A DNA stretch of 55,532 nucleotides, the filler included, from Dirinaria sp. TL-2023a (taxonomy: Eukaryota): assembly GCA_051941275.1 (NCBI GenBank). It is 4 parts of 4 records of this genome, joined end to end, with 100 filler letters (N's around TTAATTAATTAA, not from the genome) between each part and the next. Parts side by side here need not be neighbours in the genome. Positions count along the whole stretch, not along the records: positions 13,926 to 27,738 come from JAVEBF010000649.1; positions 27,839 to 41,639 come from JAVEBF010000651.1; 2 more parts are not named here. One strand, given 5' to 3'. The first letter of the stretch is position 1. Each line of letters begins with the position of its first letter. This document shows, in pieces, positions 25,577 to 38,565 of this stretch. Made by a program: the position numbers and the translations under genes. Under the pieces are notes generated by a model that made no database searches, was not told the origin of the DNA, and saw only the letters and a program-made list of their open reading frames with translations.

Positions 25577-27303
25577 ATGGCGAATACCACAATAGGGCAG
25601 GGAGCATGTATTGCTCCCTTTCTCCAACTCTCCAATTTTCCGAGTACCGAAGGCTGTGAGTGTCGAAGGAATATGCTTCAAGGCAATCCTAATTTTACTT
25701 TCAGATCTACCCGGTCGATTTTGCGCTCCTGTTCCCACCCTTCAAGGGACGGTCGATTGTTGCTTACCCTGTCCTATCACCAATTGGGTTTATGGAGATG
25801 GTAGGCTATGGATCTTGCACTTGGATCTATAGCTGACCTGGTTATGCAGACTTCAACCAGCTGTCACGCGTCTCGAATTGGCTCAATGTAGCAGGCATGA
25901 TATGCTCGCTCTCATTACTGTTATCTTTCGCGGTTTTACCCGTCCAGAAAACGAGTCGGCATCATCTCACAGTCTGCTTCATCATTGCCATCTGCATCTT
26001 ACAGGTAAGCTCAAAGAATATACACTCGTTGCCTGAGCTAGTCTAACAGCTCCAGCTCGGTTTCATAATACCTTTAGGCGCCAACCCAGAGCAATGCCAC
26101 GATGCGATAACTCCAAACGACATGCGGTCAGACTTGACGTGTGCTTTCTCCGGTGCTTGTTTGCTTGCTGGCGGCTTTGCTTCTATCATGTGGGGTATGT
26201 CTAGTTGTGGCACCATGGTATAAGGCCAGCCTGCTAATTATGATACAGGTTTCATCCGGACAGTATCTCTACACCTCCAAGTCTGCTGGAAGGTAGTTCC
26301 TGGACGGAAGATGTTTTGGGGTTCACTTCTGGCAGGATGGGGAGTACCTATCATTATCGCTGCCTCCTCCCTGGCTGTGACAGGCGTCTCATACAGATTC
26401 GGAGATACATGCCACATCAACCATCATAAAGCACTGCAAGATTACTGGGGTCCTATACTGTTCTTCGCGGCTGTTGCCACGATACTGCAATTCGCAACGT
26501 TCGGATACTGCATCCGGGTATACATTCGAGCTCTCATGAATGACGACTTACATTCCACATCGGAGAATCGCTCAGGCCTCCCATCATATAACGGTAGTAT
26601 CAAGACACTCACCACCCGCCAGGCCTATCAGAGGGTGAAGAAGGTGTTCGCCCTTCAATGGCGTGGCCTTGTCGTCGTCATAATCATCATTGTTAACGTC
26701 GTCTTTCTCGCAATCGTCTTCATCTCAATGGATAATTCCGTCCAAGCAGCTAGGAATGATCTCGAGAAAGCCGAGCAGTGGCTAGGCTGTCTTGCCAAGT
26801 ATCCGACAAACAAGAATGCATGCCTCGACAAAGTTGGCAATCTTGTCGAAAGTGAACCAACGGTTATGGCCGTGCTGATCATGATGTCTCTGAACGGTAT
26901 CTGGGCTGTCCTCTTTCTTGGTCGGCTTTCTATGATCCCTGCTTGGTTCGAGCTGATGAAACGGCCGTTCGGCAAATCTCAAGAGTTCGTCTCCGTGGAC
27001 GCGAGAGGTTTTAGTGCCAATCCAAAGACCTACGAAATGATCACTTCGCCCCCTACAAGACCATTGGACACGCCTAGAGAACCGGAATCGGCGATTGTCA
27101 GCCCTGGCAGCGATTCGATATCTACTTTCTCTCCGTCGAGTAGGGTGGACTACTTCGGAAAGGAAGCAACTTATGCCAGTCCCACATTGAGCTTCTCTAC
27201 CCCGAGACCACCAAGCGCCGGCCGAGGGTACGGTCGCGAATGGGATCCTGAGAGAACTTTTGCAAAGCCGTGGCAGGAACATTTCAGAAAGATCTATGAG
27301 TGA
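25577..27303 (+). CDS. 7-TM G protein-coupled receptor, fungal GprM/MG00532-like class, 5 exons
   Basis: Cys-rich N-terminus (CIAPF, GRFCAP, CCLPCP), LLLSFAVLP..KTSRH, PEQCHDAITPNDM, GVSYRFGDTCHINH, LQWRG, then a Ser/Pro-rich tail. Confidence 0.85.
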
Positions 27304-27738
27304 AACTGTGTGTGTTTGGCTGTCTGTTACCTGCCTTTCCAGATCTGGGGCTGCTCGCGTGTAGCGCCGTAGAAAAAAGAGAGCCTCCGTACTACCTACG
27401 AGTAGTAGCCTTACCGAGGTCCCAAAACTTCTACTAAAGCAGGCCACTATCTGCTATCGAACCACGCCTATACCATGGTCACTTGCTCAGCAATAAGCCT
27501 TAATACCACCCTGCCTCAACCGGTGTGAAGTCTCCCAATCAGCGACAAACACAGCAACAGCTCTCCCCTCTCGCCAAATATTCTTCGCAAATCCAGGACT
27601 AAGGCTCGGATCAGGGTTTCAAAGGGCTAGAAACGCGCAGACCTCAGGCTAGGTACGCAATCATTGTCTGCCGTCCTCAAGCTGTAAATTGTATGCACAC
27701 AACGACAGCATCCCAAATTGCATTATAATGGAAATGCT

Positions 27739-27838
27739 NNNNNNNNNNNNNNNNNNNNNNNNNNNNNNNNNNNNNNNNNNNNTTAATTAATTAANNNNNN
27801 NNNNNNNNNNNNNNNNNNNNNNNNNNNNNNNNNNNNNN
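27739..27838. other. Artificial contig-joining linker
   Basis: 44 N + TTAATTAATTAA (27783-27794) + 44 N. Confidence 0.97.
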
Positions 27839-28387
27839 AGTGCGGCTGTTGGGGGTCCGGGGGGAAGCTCACATTCATACCACCAGCCCTCCCCCACACC
27901 CAAATCTTCGCCATCCTTGGTCTTGGGGATCGGTACGTCCTGCTCTTTTGCTTGCGGGATGCGGTATGCTGCCTGCCGTGCGCTCTCTTTGATCAGCTTC
28001 TCACAGCATCCGTAGGCTTTGTATGTTTCTGTCACTGAAGGGAGCACCCTTTTTACTCCGGCGGCAATCTTCTGTGTGGTAGAGGATGCGTCGATTTCAA
28101 TTTCGGATTCTGGGTTGGGTTTCGGAGGCGGAGTTGAGGAAGGTCCGGCGTATGGTTTGATTCCGGACTTCGAGGAAGGGGCACCCGCCCCCCGCGACGA
28201 AGATATTGAGAGGTTTTGGCATGCTGTATTCAGCTCTGTGAAGGTTCGAACGGTCTACTCGTGAATTAGAATGCGGCGGTATGAGGCGTTTTATAAAGTC
28301 TTATAAGAAACCGCGTACCGGTCGACGAGCACTTCTCCCGGGCCGCAAAACTCGGAAACATGGTCTCAAGTTCATTGAGGAAGCCAT
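27839..28387 (-). CDS. CBP3: Ubiquinol-cytochrome c reductase chaperone Cbp3, 5' part (cut at contig end)
   Basis: Arg/Ser-rich presequence, one intron, then TETYKAYG...ARQAAYRIPQ...DGEDLGVGEGWWY, which resembles Pezizomycotina Cbp3. Confidence 0.7.
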
Positions 28388-28671
28388 TATTGTTTACAGG
28401 GAGCCAAAATATCGTCAAAGGTCTTTCGATCGATCACAAGCATGGTCTGACCCGCGAGCTTGCATTTAATAGCTACACTAAGTACGTGCTTCTAAACGCG
28501 AAGCACCCGTCATGACTAGACTAGGCTTGGCGCGACCTCACGATGACGTCTGCTCCACGATCACGGCCTACCTCAATGGAATCTTACCTAAAGCTCATAC
28601 CCAGCTCCTATCTCCCCGACCCACCAGAGCGCGGACGTTGATGAGCTTGCACTCTGACCGCTCAGCAGAAA

Positions 28672-29595
28672 TCATCCAATGACCAGGCGCTCCAGTTTTT
28701 GGTCTACTATCGGCAACAATTGGCTCAGATTGTTAGGATCTCGCAATTGCGCCGGCACGTCTTGACCTCTCATAGCAAGCTTCTATTAAACAATCAGTAA
28801 GCTCCAATTGAGTATGACAGGGTTGAAGGCGGCACACCTGTCGAACAGCCTCATAACCCTCCTCCTTGGCAGTATACTCCCTGATCACCTCTCCAGTCGC
28901 GAACTCGACATATACCCTTGTATCACGTATCCTAAGTTGCACATTGTCCAGGCGCATGAAGAAGCGGCAGAGTAACAGCAACCGCGCTGGCATGACCCTT
29001 ATCTTGCACGAGAGCATCGTGATGCCATTATCGGCCATCTCGTCCTCGTAGAGAACAACGTCGTCGTAGAAGATAATTGGGTCGGGTCGTTTGAGAAGCT
29101 CGAGTGGTATGGCGGTGGTAGTAGGCTGGAAGTCAGGGATAGTTTTGGACTGTGTGCCCTTGTAGTCTGTGCTGTATGACCAGTCAAACGGTTTGACTAC
29201 CTCTGTGATTCCTTCATGTTTCTTTTCTCTGCCTCTTCTCAGCATCTGTCATCTTTCTAGATTACAGACCCGGCATACCGGGTACTCTGCCATTCTTTCG
29301 AGTGTGCAACTTGCAGCATCGAAGCTCCGGTCTTGTCGACTTTGTCTAGCGCATCGAAAGCGTTGAATGTAATTGCCCAGCCACTGGCAATATGCTCGAT
29401 TGTGACTTCGTTATCCCCAAATATCATTTCTGGAGGTGTAATGCCGAGTTGAGAAGTCATGCGCTCGATGGGCTCGGCCTTGAGGATTGGTAGCTTCTTG
29501 GTGATAATCCTAAAGCCATGCTGTGTGATTGACTTGGCGGTATCGTTGCCCTGCGGAAGTCGGGTATCACAATGGTGCTGGCCATTTACGGCCAT
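28672..29595 (-). CDS. TIP41: TIP41-like PP2A/TOR regulator, 3 exons
   Basis: LGITPPEMIFGDN, FNAFDAL, KPFDWSYSTDYKG, LYEDEMADNG, KIRVMP, FFMRLDNV..RIRDTR. Confidence 0.95.
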
Positions 29596-29825
29596 GTTGA
29601 GGACGGGGAAGCCCCTTAGGTACTTAGCTGGCTATTGCATAAGAGTTAGAAGTGCTAGCATTTCAGAGGTAAGGTATCGGGGCCTCCTACTTTGGATACT
29701 TTAATTGGATGAGCAGCTAGCCGAGGTTCTACCGAGTGATATTCCTTATTTGAACCAAGTGGATAAGAGCATGTCTGCTCCCTCTCCGATGTGATATATT
29801 ACACCAACGAGCTATTCGTCGCTGA

Positions 29826-31864
29826 ATGTTCTTTCAATCTCTGGATCTCACAACTGCTCTCCGGCCCTCCCTTCTGCCCGATGAGACTTTGTTGTTCGTA
29901 CAAGATGCAGTGGGTGTGTACGAGGGGTATTGATAACGTGCATCCCAACATGCTCCTGTGAGTCCGGGCTAATCGATAGTATACTTCAGGAAATATAAGA
30001 TTCCCAATTTGCAGAATGGCCACGCATACCTCACTTCGCATCGAGCGTGTTACGTCGACAATGCAGAGCCACGAAAACATTCGGCAGCCGTGGACTTGAA
30101 GAGCATAGAAAAGTATGGCTTCTATGTACGGAAAATTGTCCCACCAGCCACCAAATCGAACGCTTACCAATTCAGGCTGGGTTCCTGAAGTCGTCTCCAA
30201 AAATAACGCTTTATCCCAAAGTGCAAAAACCAAGTGTGATACAGAACAGAGCGCACCCGACTCCGTCAACGACACCAGCATTCACTTCTGCGCGTAGCCA
30301 TAGCTCCTCACCAGCACCCCGAGTAGCCAGTCCCTTCGATCCTACAGCCCAAAGAGCGGGCAGTCCAAATACGAGTAGCATAAGTTGGATATGTACTATA
30401 TGTACTCAAGCCAATCAACTACCGCTTCATTTTGATGCAACTACAGCAAATGCACATACTCCTTTACCTCCCTGCTCAACATGTGGTGTTAAGCCGTCGC
30501 TTGCTCATGTCTTGAAGGCTGCCGTATCCACTGCCTCAGGGTGGCATGCCCCAACACCAGCCGAGTCCCCCAGGCGATCAATAGTTGGCAGCCGATTCGA
30601 AAGCCAGAAAGCTCTTGGCAATCGATATGGCAATGTGGAGGAAACCCACTTGCTGCCAGAGCCGCGCTTTCAATGTCCTCGGTGTACCTTTCTCAACCAC
30701 CCATCGCTCCCGAATTGCGAGCTGTGCGGGACTTCCCTGACATCCGTACAAGGCGACGATCATACACTAGCCCAAGATTTCGGTGGACGCTCTGAGTCAC
30801 CAGGCCCGACGTTGGGGAATGGCACTCCAGATCTTGATCACAGTATTGAATGTATCAAACTTTCTTTTCGTGCTGGAGGGGAAAAGATCTTTTATGAACG
30901 GCTCAAAGGGGCAATGCAGCAACGGAAGTGGCTACTACAGAATGCGCCACCTGTGCCAAAGCCAGACAGTTCCGATGGAACCACTCCCAGAACGGACGTC
31001 GGGCTCGCTCAAGCGGCTTCAAATCACACTAAGGTTGTCGGGATTGCTGGGCTGGAACGACGTGGGCAAGAACTTCGCAAGAACAATGAGGTAGTCCTCG
31101 GAAACGCATTCGAAGATCTTGGCGCCTTGATGGCGTCTGCCAAGGATGTTATAGCATTAGCAGAGTCCTTCGCTAACAAGTCTGCTGATGGGTCGACCGA
31201 AGCCAACGCTATCCTCCAAGAATCGGCCACTGCGTTGGGTATGGTAACAACAAAAGATATGCTAGGCTCCAATGCCAGCTCGGAAAGTTTGTATCTGTCT
31301 GAGCTCTCGAAAAACTTGGCTGAGTACTTGACGGACGACGCTAGGGGCGTTTTGAAAATGGAAGGTGGTATCATGAGCCTTGTGGACTTGTGGGCAGTTT
31401 TCAACCGTGCCAGAGGCGGCGTTGAGCTCATCAGTCCTTTGGATTTTGAGAAAGCCGCACGCATGTGGGACAAGCTCAATCTCCCAGTCCGTCTTCGCCA
31501 ATTTCGAAACGGGCTGTTGGTCGTCCAACGGCATGATTGGACAGATGATAAGACAATCGCTCAACTTCTGGCTTGGCTACAAGAGCCCAATATTGCACCT
31601 CCATCTGGGGAGGTTTACCATGACTCGAACGTATTTGGACGAGGCATCACCGCGCAAGAAGCAGCCCAAATATTCGGATGGAGCGTGGGTGTCGCTACCG
31701 AAGAGCTTGAGATGGCGGAGGAGAAGGGCGCCCTTTGCCGAGAAGATAGTGTGGAAGGGATAAGGTTCTGGGAGAACTGGATTGGGCAAGATGAAAATGT
31801 CCGCGCCATTAATACCGACGATGATGCGATAGCTAGGAATCTGAGAGATGTAGGACTTTTGTAG
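29826..31864 (+). CDS. VPS36: ESCRT-II subunit Vps36, 2 exons
   Basis: MFFQSLDLTTALRPSLLPDETLLFVQDAVGVYEG|intron|; split GLUE domain with two NZF fingers (WICTIC...CSTCG; CPRCTFLNHPSLPNCELCG), KLSFRAGG, AFEDL, NRARGGVELISP. Confidence 0.95.
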
Positions 31865-32980
31865 AGAAGAGAGGCATTTGAGCATCCTGAATTGATTCAC
31901 GGTCACGCCAGATCAGGGGTCAGGAAGCTTACGGACTTTGGCAACCAGGAACCAAAACATCCTTCTCATTGAGAGAGCACGAGAAGGCGTCTGTGGTCCT
32001 TCGCACGCTAAAGGGTTTTCGCAGATCAAACTCGGCTGTCCTAGCACATTCTTCTCTAAAATGAACATCTTATGTGGTAGCGATTGTGTTTAAAGACACC
32101 TACAGCAACGTGGAAGAAAGCATTCTTGGGCCCACCTAGAGAGAAATAGCGAATACAGTTTTTGATGGGCAGATCGATCAGCGAAATACTTAATACAGAA
32201 TTCTGTTTACAGCTAGAACCCCGCAGCTTAGCTTTACCAACCTATCTGAACCGCCTTATCACTTGTCCTCGATGGAATAAGATTGTGCCTTAAACTCCAT
32301 CCAATCTATCCAATCCAGTGGGTGCCAAGATGCCCTCCTTCAACCCTGAAATGCAATGTGTGGGCACTGTACCTACCTACCTTAGATACCACGGACATAC
32401 TAAGGTAGGTAAGGGAAGAATGGCAATCATCACTGCCTTGTGCTGTACTTTTAGATAGTCGAATCCAGCAGTCCACAAGCTACATATCGTTGCTGTACTT
32501 CTTGCGCTTGCTGTCCGTGGAGCGAAAATCTAGAGCAAGTCTAGATCTTCGTTAGGTGCATGATTTACTCGTACAGTAGGAGCACTCGTAGCTTGTAGCG
32601 GGCAATCGATAAGAGCCCGGCAATTTATCCCGCAAAGAGCAGAGGAGGGCTCTAAGGGCCAGAATGTGAGCCTTGTGAGGGGCCCCCTCGCCCCCACTAC
32701 TCACCGAGCCCGAGGTCCCCAACCCTTATTAGTAAGATACTTTACCTTTACCTTACATGTACCTTACCACCTCCCCACCGAGAAAACTACCTACTCGTAA
32801 GTCCTGCATACTTGTGCTTCGTAGCAAAACTTCACGAGGTGTCAACAGCATCAGCTGCTGGTACGGGCTTGTTACGGCGAGGCATAGCAAGACTTCCCTG
32901 GGGTTGGCTTACTTACCGTTGCATAGGCGTGCCTGGGAGTCCAACCAATCCCCGTTGAGCATGACTCGTCGACAGCCAGG

Positions 32981-35833
32981 ATGCTATCGTCTTCCAGCTC
33001 AATAAGGCCCCAAAGACCTCGTTCAGTGCCTGCAAAGTTGAGCCAATGCAAAGTTAGATACCGCACGCCGAAGGCTTTCTCCACCCTTAACCTGACAACG
33101 ACTCCATTGTCAGGCCGACGTTCCTTCTCGTGGCGTAGCAATCGTCTCAGCGGTTCATATCATCAACCAAGCATCTACAACCACTCGTTATCGTACGCTA
33201 CCCCATCGAGCTCAAACTACAGCAAAACCATGTACCGTAGCTACTTCTGGAAACGGGGCCACTTCCTTAATCAATACATTCAGAGCCCCGAATGGCGCCT
33301 TTGGAGTTCTTGGGGCCGGCATAACGGCGAGAGAGCACCACGGTCCGGCAAGAGAAGCCACGATGAACCGGTGCAAGGGGAAAGAAAGCAAGACGACTGG
33401 TACAACACGTGGCAAAAGAGGCACATGGATACTGTGAGACAATTTGATGAATTCAAAAAATTGATAGATGAGGACCCATACAAAGCGCTATTTGGCAGAC
33501 GATTGCCAGAAACTTGGTCTGAAAATACAATTCGACAGAATAGAAGCACATCGGATGGGAGCGTTGCAGCGTCTGGTGCTGGCTCGAAGAAAGCCGACAA
33601 TGATGCTACAATCCCCAGCCGTCCGACGACTGAATCTACAGCCCCTATAAGCACGGCACCTGCTAGTGGATCGCACGCGGATGGCAGTGAGTTTTTCATT
33701 GATCCAATTACCTTGCGTAAAGTACCAGTAAAAGCAAAATCCGAGGGGAAAGCTACCGTTGTATCTACGCACTCCGCTAGGTCTTTCGATCTACCTGTGA
33801 AGACTTTCAAGTTTGTGAATGATGCATCTATGAACTCAACGACGATCGCTCCGGAAAAGGCCTCAAAACCAGTGCAGGCAACTGCTCAGCATGAACGGCC
33901 AACATGGTTGGTACAGGAAGGGTTCAGCAGTTCTGAAGGAGACAAAAGACGAAGGCCGTCGAACACATCGCCAGGTCCTAGAATCGAGAGCGCACTTGAC
34001 CGATACCAAAAGAAGCCAAGAACCCAAGCGAGCGAAGATACCGAGAAAAAAGCTAGACTGACATACGACCCGAAGGAGAATCAAGAGGAAGATGTGGACC
34101 TGCTCACTGCAAGCGACATCAGAGCTTCAAGAAACCGCGCTTGGAAGAAGCCACGAGATACCGCAAAGGAAAAAGAGCATCAGAGGCATGTTCTGGAAAG
34201 CAATTACCAAAACCGACCACGAGATTTGGTTGAACTACTAGAGGAAGAACTTGCAGCGAAGAAGATTCAAACAGAAAGGGGTTTGAAAGAGCTTCGCAAA
34301 ATTGCCGCAGAGCAGCAACGTCAACAAGATGCCCTCACAATCGCCGAAGAGCAACGCCAACGAGATGCTCTAAGAAAAGCACACGATAAGGAAGTTGTGG
34401 CTCAGAAGGCTGCAATGGAGGCTCATGAGATGCGTCAAAATGTAGAATCCACCGCGTCTTTCAATCCCCAGACTCAAGAGCCACAGCAAGGCGAAGGTGA
34501 TATGGCAACCAATGTTCATGAATTTGTTGCCCGCGACCGATGGTACAAGAGGAGAGCGCCACATGCAAACACGGTAGCCGAGCAAAAGCTTCTACAAGCT
34601 AGTAAAGACAAGTCTCTTGTGCGGGAGCTGAGAGATATCTATGAAGATACTTATGGTACCATCGACACTAAGCATCGCCAACCCGCGTCTGGGCCCCAAG
34701 ATGATGACAGCAAGTATCCAAGCGATGCTTATCCTGGCACCGTCTATGAACAGCCATGGACAGCCAATGTGCTCAATGACCACCCTGATGTCGATTCTCA
34801 AGGGGCTTTGCCGGCTAGCCAGCATTCGCAGCTGCAGAGCCAAAATGAGGAGCAGAAGTTTCAAGCGTTGTCTTTGATTGGCAAGTTATTCAGCGAAATG
34901 CGAGAAAATCAGCTGCTCCTGCAAGAGCATCGTGCTCAGCTTTTGGAAATGAAGACGAATAACGAATCTCGGAATTTATACCAAAGCTTCAAGGCACACG
35001 AGCAGCGGATCATGCATAATTTGAAAGCCGCACAGAACCTGTTCAAGCCATCTTCAGCGGACTCCAGGATTACAATCAGCGGCCAGCATGTTGAGGACCT
35101 CCCATCCCAAGCAGGCCCCCAAGAAGGCGCCCACGCCCCAGGAGCACCGGGCAGTTCTCTTGACGCCGAGGACTCTGCACCTGTGACTATATATAAGATA
35201 CTAGCGCATGACCTGTCCTCTGGAAAAGTGGTTACCACGAAAACGGCGAACCTAACAGAACCGCTGGCCGGAAAAGCACCCACGATATCAGAAGCTCTTC
35301 TGCGGCTCGAAAACCCCGCAAAGTTTCTCCCACATTTTGCAGCTCTTCAAAACGCCGAGTATGAGATTGCTGCAGCGAGTCCTCATCTACTCATCTTCAA
35401 GAAGACTCGGCAGCTTAAACCGGCAGCAGAGGAGAAAGCATTCTCATCCGCTACTGCAGAAGAAGGTTGGAGGTATCCGAATCCAATCGATGGCACTACC
35501 ACGCAGACAGGCAACTTCGCTTCGCCTACCGGCTTCGTGAATTATGATCCGCCCTACCCCGAACCCGAAGTCCGCGAGCAGGAAGAAGCCGCTGAAGCTC
35601 AAGGCAAGGCCAAAGACAAAGTGCGCAGGCAAGAAGAGGTCTTCTCCGGCTCGTCGCGCAGGCCATGGCACGATGAATACGAGCGTGGCGTAAGCAATAA
35701 GGCGAGGATGAAGAAGAAACATCGGAGAGCCGTACAAAGGCGGAGGACTGTCAGACGTATGCTTTTGGTTGGCTTACTGACAGCTGGTGGCTGTTACGCT
35801 GTAGGGGTTGCGTCGGAGTTCTTCCGATTGTGA
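32981..35833 (+). CDS. Uncharacterised 950-aa protein, predicted mitochondrial, with coiled coils and a C-terminal TM segment
   Basis: Long uninterrupted ORF; basic Ser/Arg-rich N-terminus; blocks DPYKALFG, IDPITLRKV, GEGDM, NPIDGT..GNFASPTGFVNYD; C-terminal hydrophobic helix. Start codon uncertain. Confidence 0.85.
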   Translation: MLSSSSSIRPQRPRSVPAKLSQCKVRYRTPKAFSTLNLTTTPLSGRRSFSWRSNRLSGSYHQPSIYNHSLSYATPSSSNYSKTMYRSYFWKRGHFLNQYIQSPEWRLWSSWGRHNGERAPRSGKRSHDEPVQGERKQDDWYNTWQKRHMDTVRQFDEFKKLIDEDPYKALFGRRLPETWSENTIRQNRSTSDGSVAASGAGSKKADNDATIPSRPTTESTAPISTAPASGSHADGSEFFIDPITLRKVPVKAKSEGKATVVSTHSARSFDLPVKTFKFVNDASMNSTTIAPEKASKPVQATAQHERPTWLVQEGFSSSEGDKRRRPSNTSPGPRIESALDRYQKKPRTQASEDTEKKARLTYDPKENQEEDVDLLTASDIRASRNRAWKKPRDTAKEKEHQRHVLESNYQNRPRDLVELLEEELAAKKIQTERGLKELRKIAAEQQRQQDALTIAEEQRQRDALRKAHDKEVVAQKAAMEAHEMRQNVESTASFNPQTQEPQQGEGDMATNVHEFVARDRWYKRRAPHANTVAEQKLLQASKDKSLVRELRDIYEDTYGTIDTKHRQPASGPQDDDSKYPSDAYPGTVYEQPWTANVLNDHPDVDSQGALPASQHSQLQSQNEEQKFQALSLIGKLFSEMRENQLLLQEHRAQLLEMKTNNESRNLYQSFKAHEQRIMHNLKAAQNLFKPSSADSRITISGQHVEDLPSQAGPQEGAHAPGAPGSSLDAEDSAPVTIYKILAHDLSSGKVVTTKTANLTEPLAGKAPTISEALLRLENPAKFLPHFAALQNAEYEIAAASPHLLIFKKTRQLKPAAEEKAFSSATAEEGWRYPNPIDGTTTQTGNFASPTGFVNYDPPYPEPEVREQEEAAEAQGKAKDKVRRQEEVFSGSSRRPWHDEYERGVSNKARMKKKHRRAVQRRRTVRRMLLVGLLTAGGCYAVGVASEFFRL

Positions 35834-38509
35834 GTCACCGAGGCGGGCATGAAAAAGTATGGCCGCGCTATGTTGTAGGCGTCTACTGGTGCAGGCCAAT
35901 GAGTCTCAGGGATGGGAGTGAGGGAGGGCTGCGCTTCGGCGTGATAAAGGCTTTGCATGAGGCTCTTTCTTTTTCCTAACTCCAACGGTGCCCATCGGCA
36001 GTGATGAATACGTAATCCGTTCGCGATGATATCGCGGCGTACGGAGCAGACTTATAGCATTCTCATAGCACCACTCAATCCTGGCAAATTGCCTTCTTTC
36101 AAATAGGACCCCTTCATAGCTGGGGTTGGTAGCTGGTATCTCATGATAATCGGTCGCTATCTAATGCTTTTTTCACAAGTTACAAGAGCGATAAGCTGTG
36201 GTGGGCGGAATGCCGGTGTCATCTGATCCAAAGCAACCCTTGCTGCCCTTCTCGGTACTCGTACTGCCACGTCGCAGAAAAGATTGCGATATCGTCAATT
36301 GCTGTGCACGGTAGAAATTTGTCATCGGGCCCAGCATTACCACCAAGAAAGATGGGCCATTGGTCTGAAGGTTGGAGTGGGTGTCAAGAGCATACTTTTT
36401 ACGGAGTAGATTGTGGACCGTTGCGAAGAAACACGTGCTCGAAGCTCAGTAGCTGCTGACGACGCCTTGGCGGGTAAAGCCAAGGGATCATTGGGCAGCA
36501 TGAATGAGGTGCATCAAAGAGAAAAAGAAGCAAAAAAAACTTTTACACAAAGGAAGAACCCAAACTACCTTAGCCACAAAGCCTACGGTACCTTGCGGAG
36601 CGGAAAATGGGAGATGATGATTGAGCACCTGTATTTACATAGTCTTGCGCATCAAAGCAGGACTAGTAGTAGTAATAAGAAGAGAGCACATTTCGAAAAG
36701 GGACATATGCCCGGACTTGGTTACCTTGAAGTACATAAAGTCGAAGGCGAAACAAAAGAAGCCCGCATTCAAGCGACTTCGATCGCATAAGATCGCGCAT
36801 ACTACCTTAGGAGATTACATATGCTTGAGACGGACAGATAAGATCTTCGAATACACAAGCGCGTGAACTCAAGGAGATTGATAAGTACAGTACGGAGTAA
36901 AAGTGTAAACTCATGATATAGAGTACAGTAATATCGGCAGAGCGCTTGTCTGATGTTACTTAGGGAAGAGCCTCGTTTCAACCGGATATAACTACCACAT
37001 ATCATCTGATTGACAACAGCTCGTCGTGGCTTGGAAGAATAATAATGATGCACATGTGGCAACAGGTATCTTGGCAAGCAGCGAATAATGATACACTCCT
37101 TGAAGGGAATAGGGTGATTTCAGGAACGGGGTGAAAGAAGCGGGCCGGGAGTTGAAACAAAGCGGCAACCCAGAATCATCCCATTCCGGCCAAGCGCATA
37201 AAGGGCTCCTTTCACGTAGGACTCTCTCGGACTGCCCCCATGTAGGTACCAAGAAAGTACGGTACGGTACGGTACTTTCTACGGCGGACTTTAATTACTC
37301 CCTGTGTCCAGTGTCCACCCCTCATATTCCCGGCACGCAGCAGGGACAAAGAAGAGAGGTGGATCTTTCCAGGTTGTGGCTGCATATCCAATAAAACCTC
37401 GAGGCCGGGCTATCCGCGCAGGCGGGTGCTCGGCTCGCTTTCTGCACGCTCAACGTATGCCGTGTGTTGCTCGCAGACTCTCGCAGTTCTGTTGCACATG
37501 GGCAGGAGAAAGTCAGAAAATTGGAGAAGATGGACGAACTCTATATCTTCCTGGGACAGTTAAGTGAGGGAAGAGAAAGCGAGTGACCACGAGGCCGACG
37601 ATCACTCGACAGTACTTACCTTAGTAAGCTTGAAGAAAGGACCCCCATGCTAAATATACTCGGAGCAGCGAAAAAAGTGCTGTGACAAGGCTGAGCCTGG
37701 TCCTTGGAGCGCTTTAGTTGGAGCCAAGCCCATCACTTTCCCCCTCACCGCGCCTGCAGCTTCTTGCTTTTTCCCGCCCGTGGTGCCTGGTCCCTGCCAA
37801 TCCGCGTCGCACCCCAACACCTTATCATTACTCATCTCGCATTTGGGGCGGCATGACTTCCTTTCTGCCATTCGTTCTTTCGGACCGAGCTATTGCAGTA
37901 CGATGGTTTCTTTGACATCCTCAGGTGCAGCAGCGAAGAATCGTGCTTCGTCCTGCGTCCATCATCTTTTCGACAGCAGTGGCAGTGGGCACCCACGAGC
38001 AACAACAGCAGCAGGCCAGGTACCACACATCCTACTGGTTCGGGACGGCACGCGAACAGCGCGAACATCGCCAAGGCTTTTCAGGTAAGAGTAACGTCCT
38101 CCATCGGCAGGAAGTGTATCTGCTCTTGGCCACGCTAGGCCTGTGCTGGATTGGCCCCAAAAAAAAAACAGCAATTTGCTGCTGTGCCTGAGAGCCGCTT
38201 CGCTCGGGATTACTTTACGAGGACTCATAATTTCCCAGAACTTACCAGGTCGCCAGACCGATCTGTCTTCCCAGCTATTATTCATTCGGATTTCTTTCGT
38301 TCAAAGAAAAAGTTCGGGTATCTCTTCTCCGATCCCGGAGGCAGCGCAGACGGAAGGATGTCGCATTATTATTGTTATTGATATATGAGTCCGCCAGCTG
38401 TAAAGGCGCAAGCATAGCCTGGTTGCTGGAGCGGTCCATAGCGACGGTGTGTCCAATATCGTTTCCATAGATAGACGCAACAGTGTGCCTCGGGAGGTGA
38501 TTATTTTCA

Positions 38510-38565
38510 TTGTTGTTGTTGTTGTTGCTGTTGTTGTGCGCACGAGGAACAATAATAATAATAAT
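38510..38565. repeat. (TTG)n and (AAT)n microsatellites
   Basis: Interrupted TTG run 38510-38537 and AAT run 38551-38565. Confidence 0.8.
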
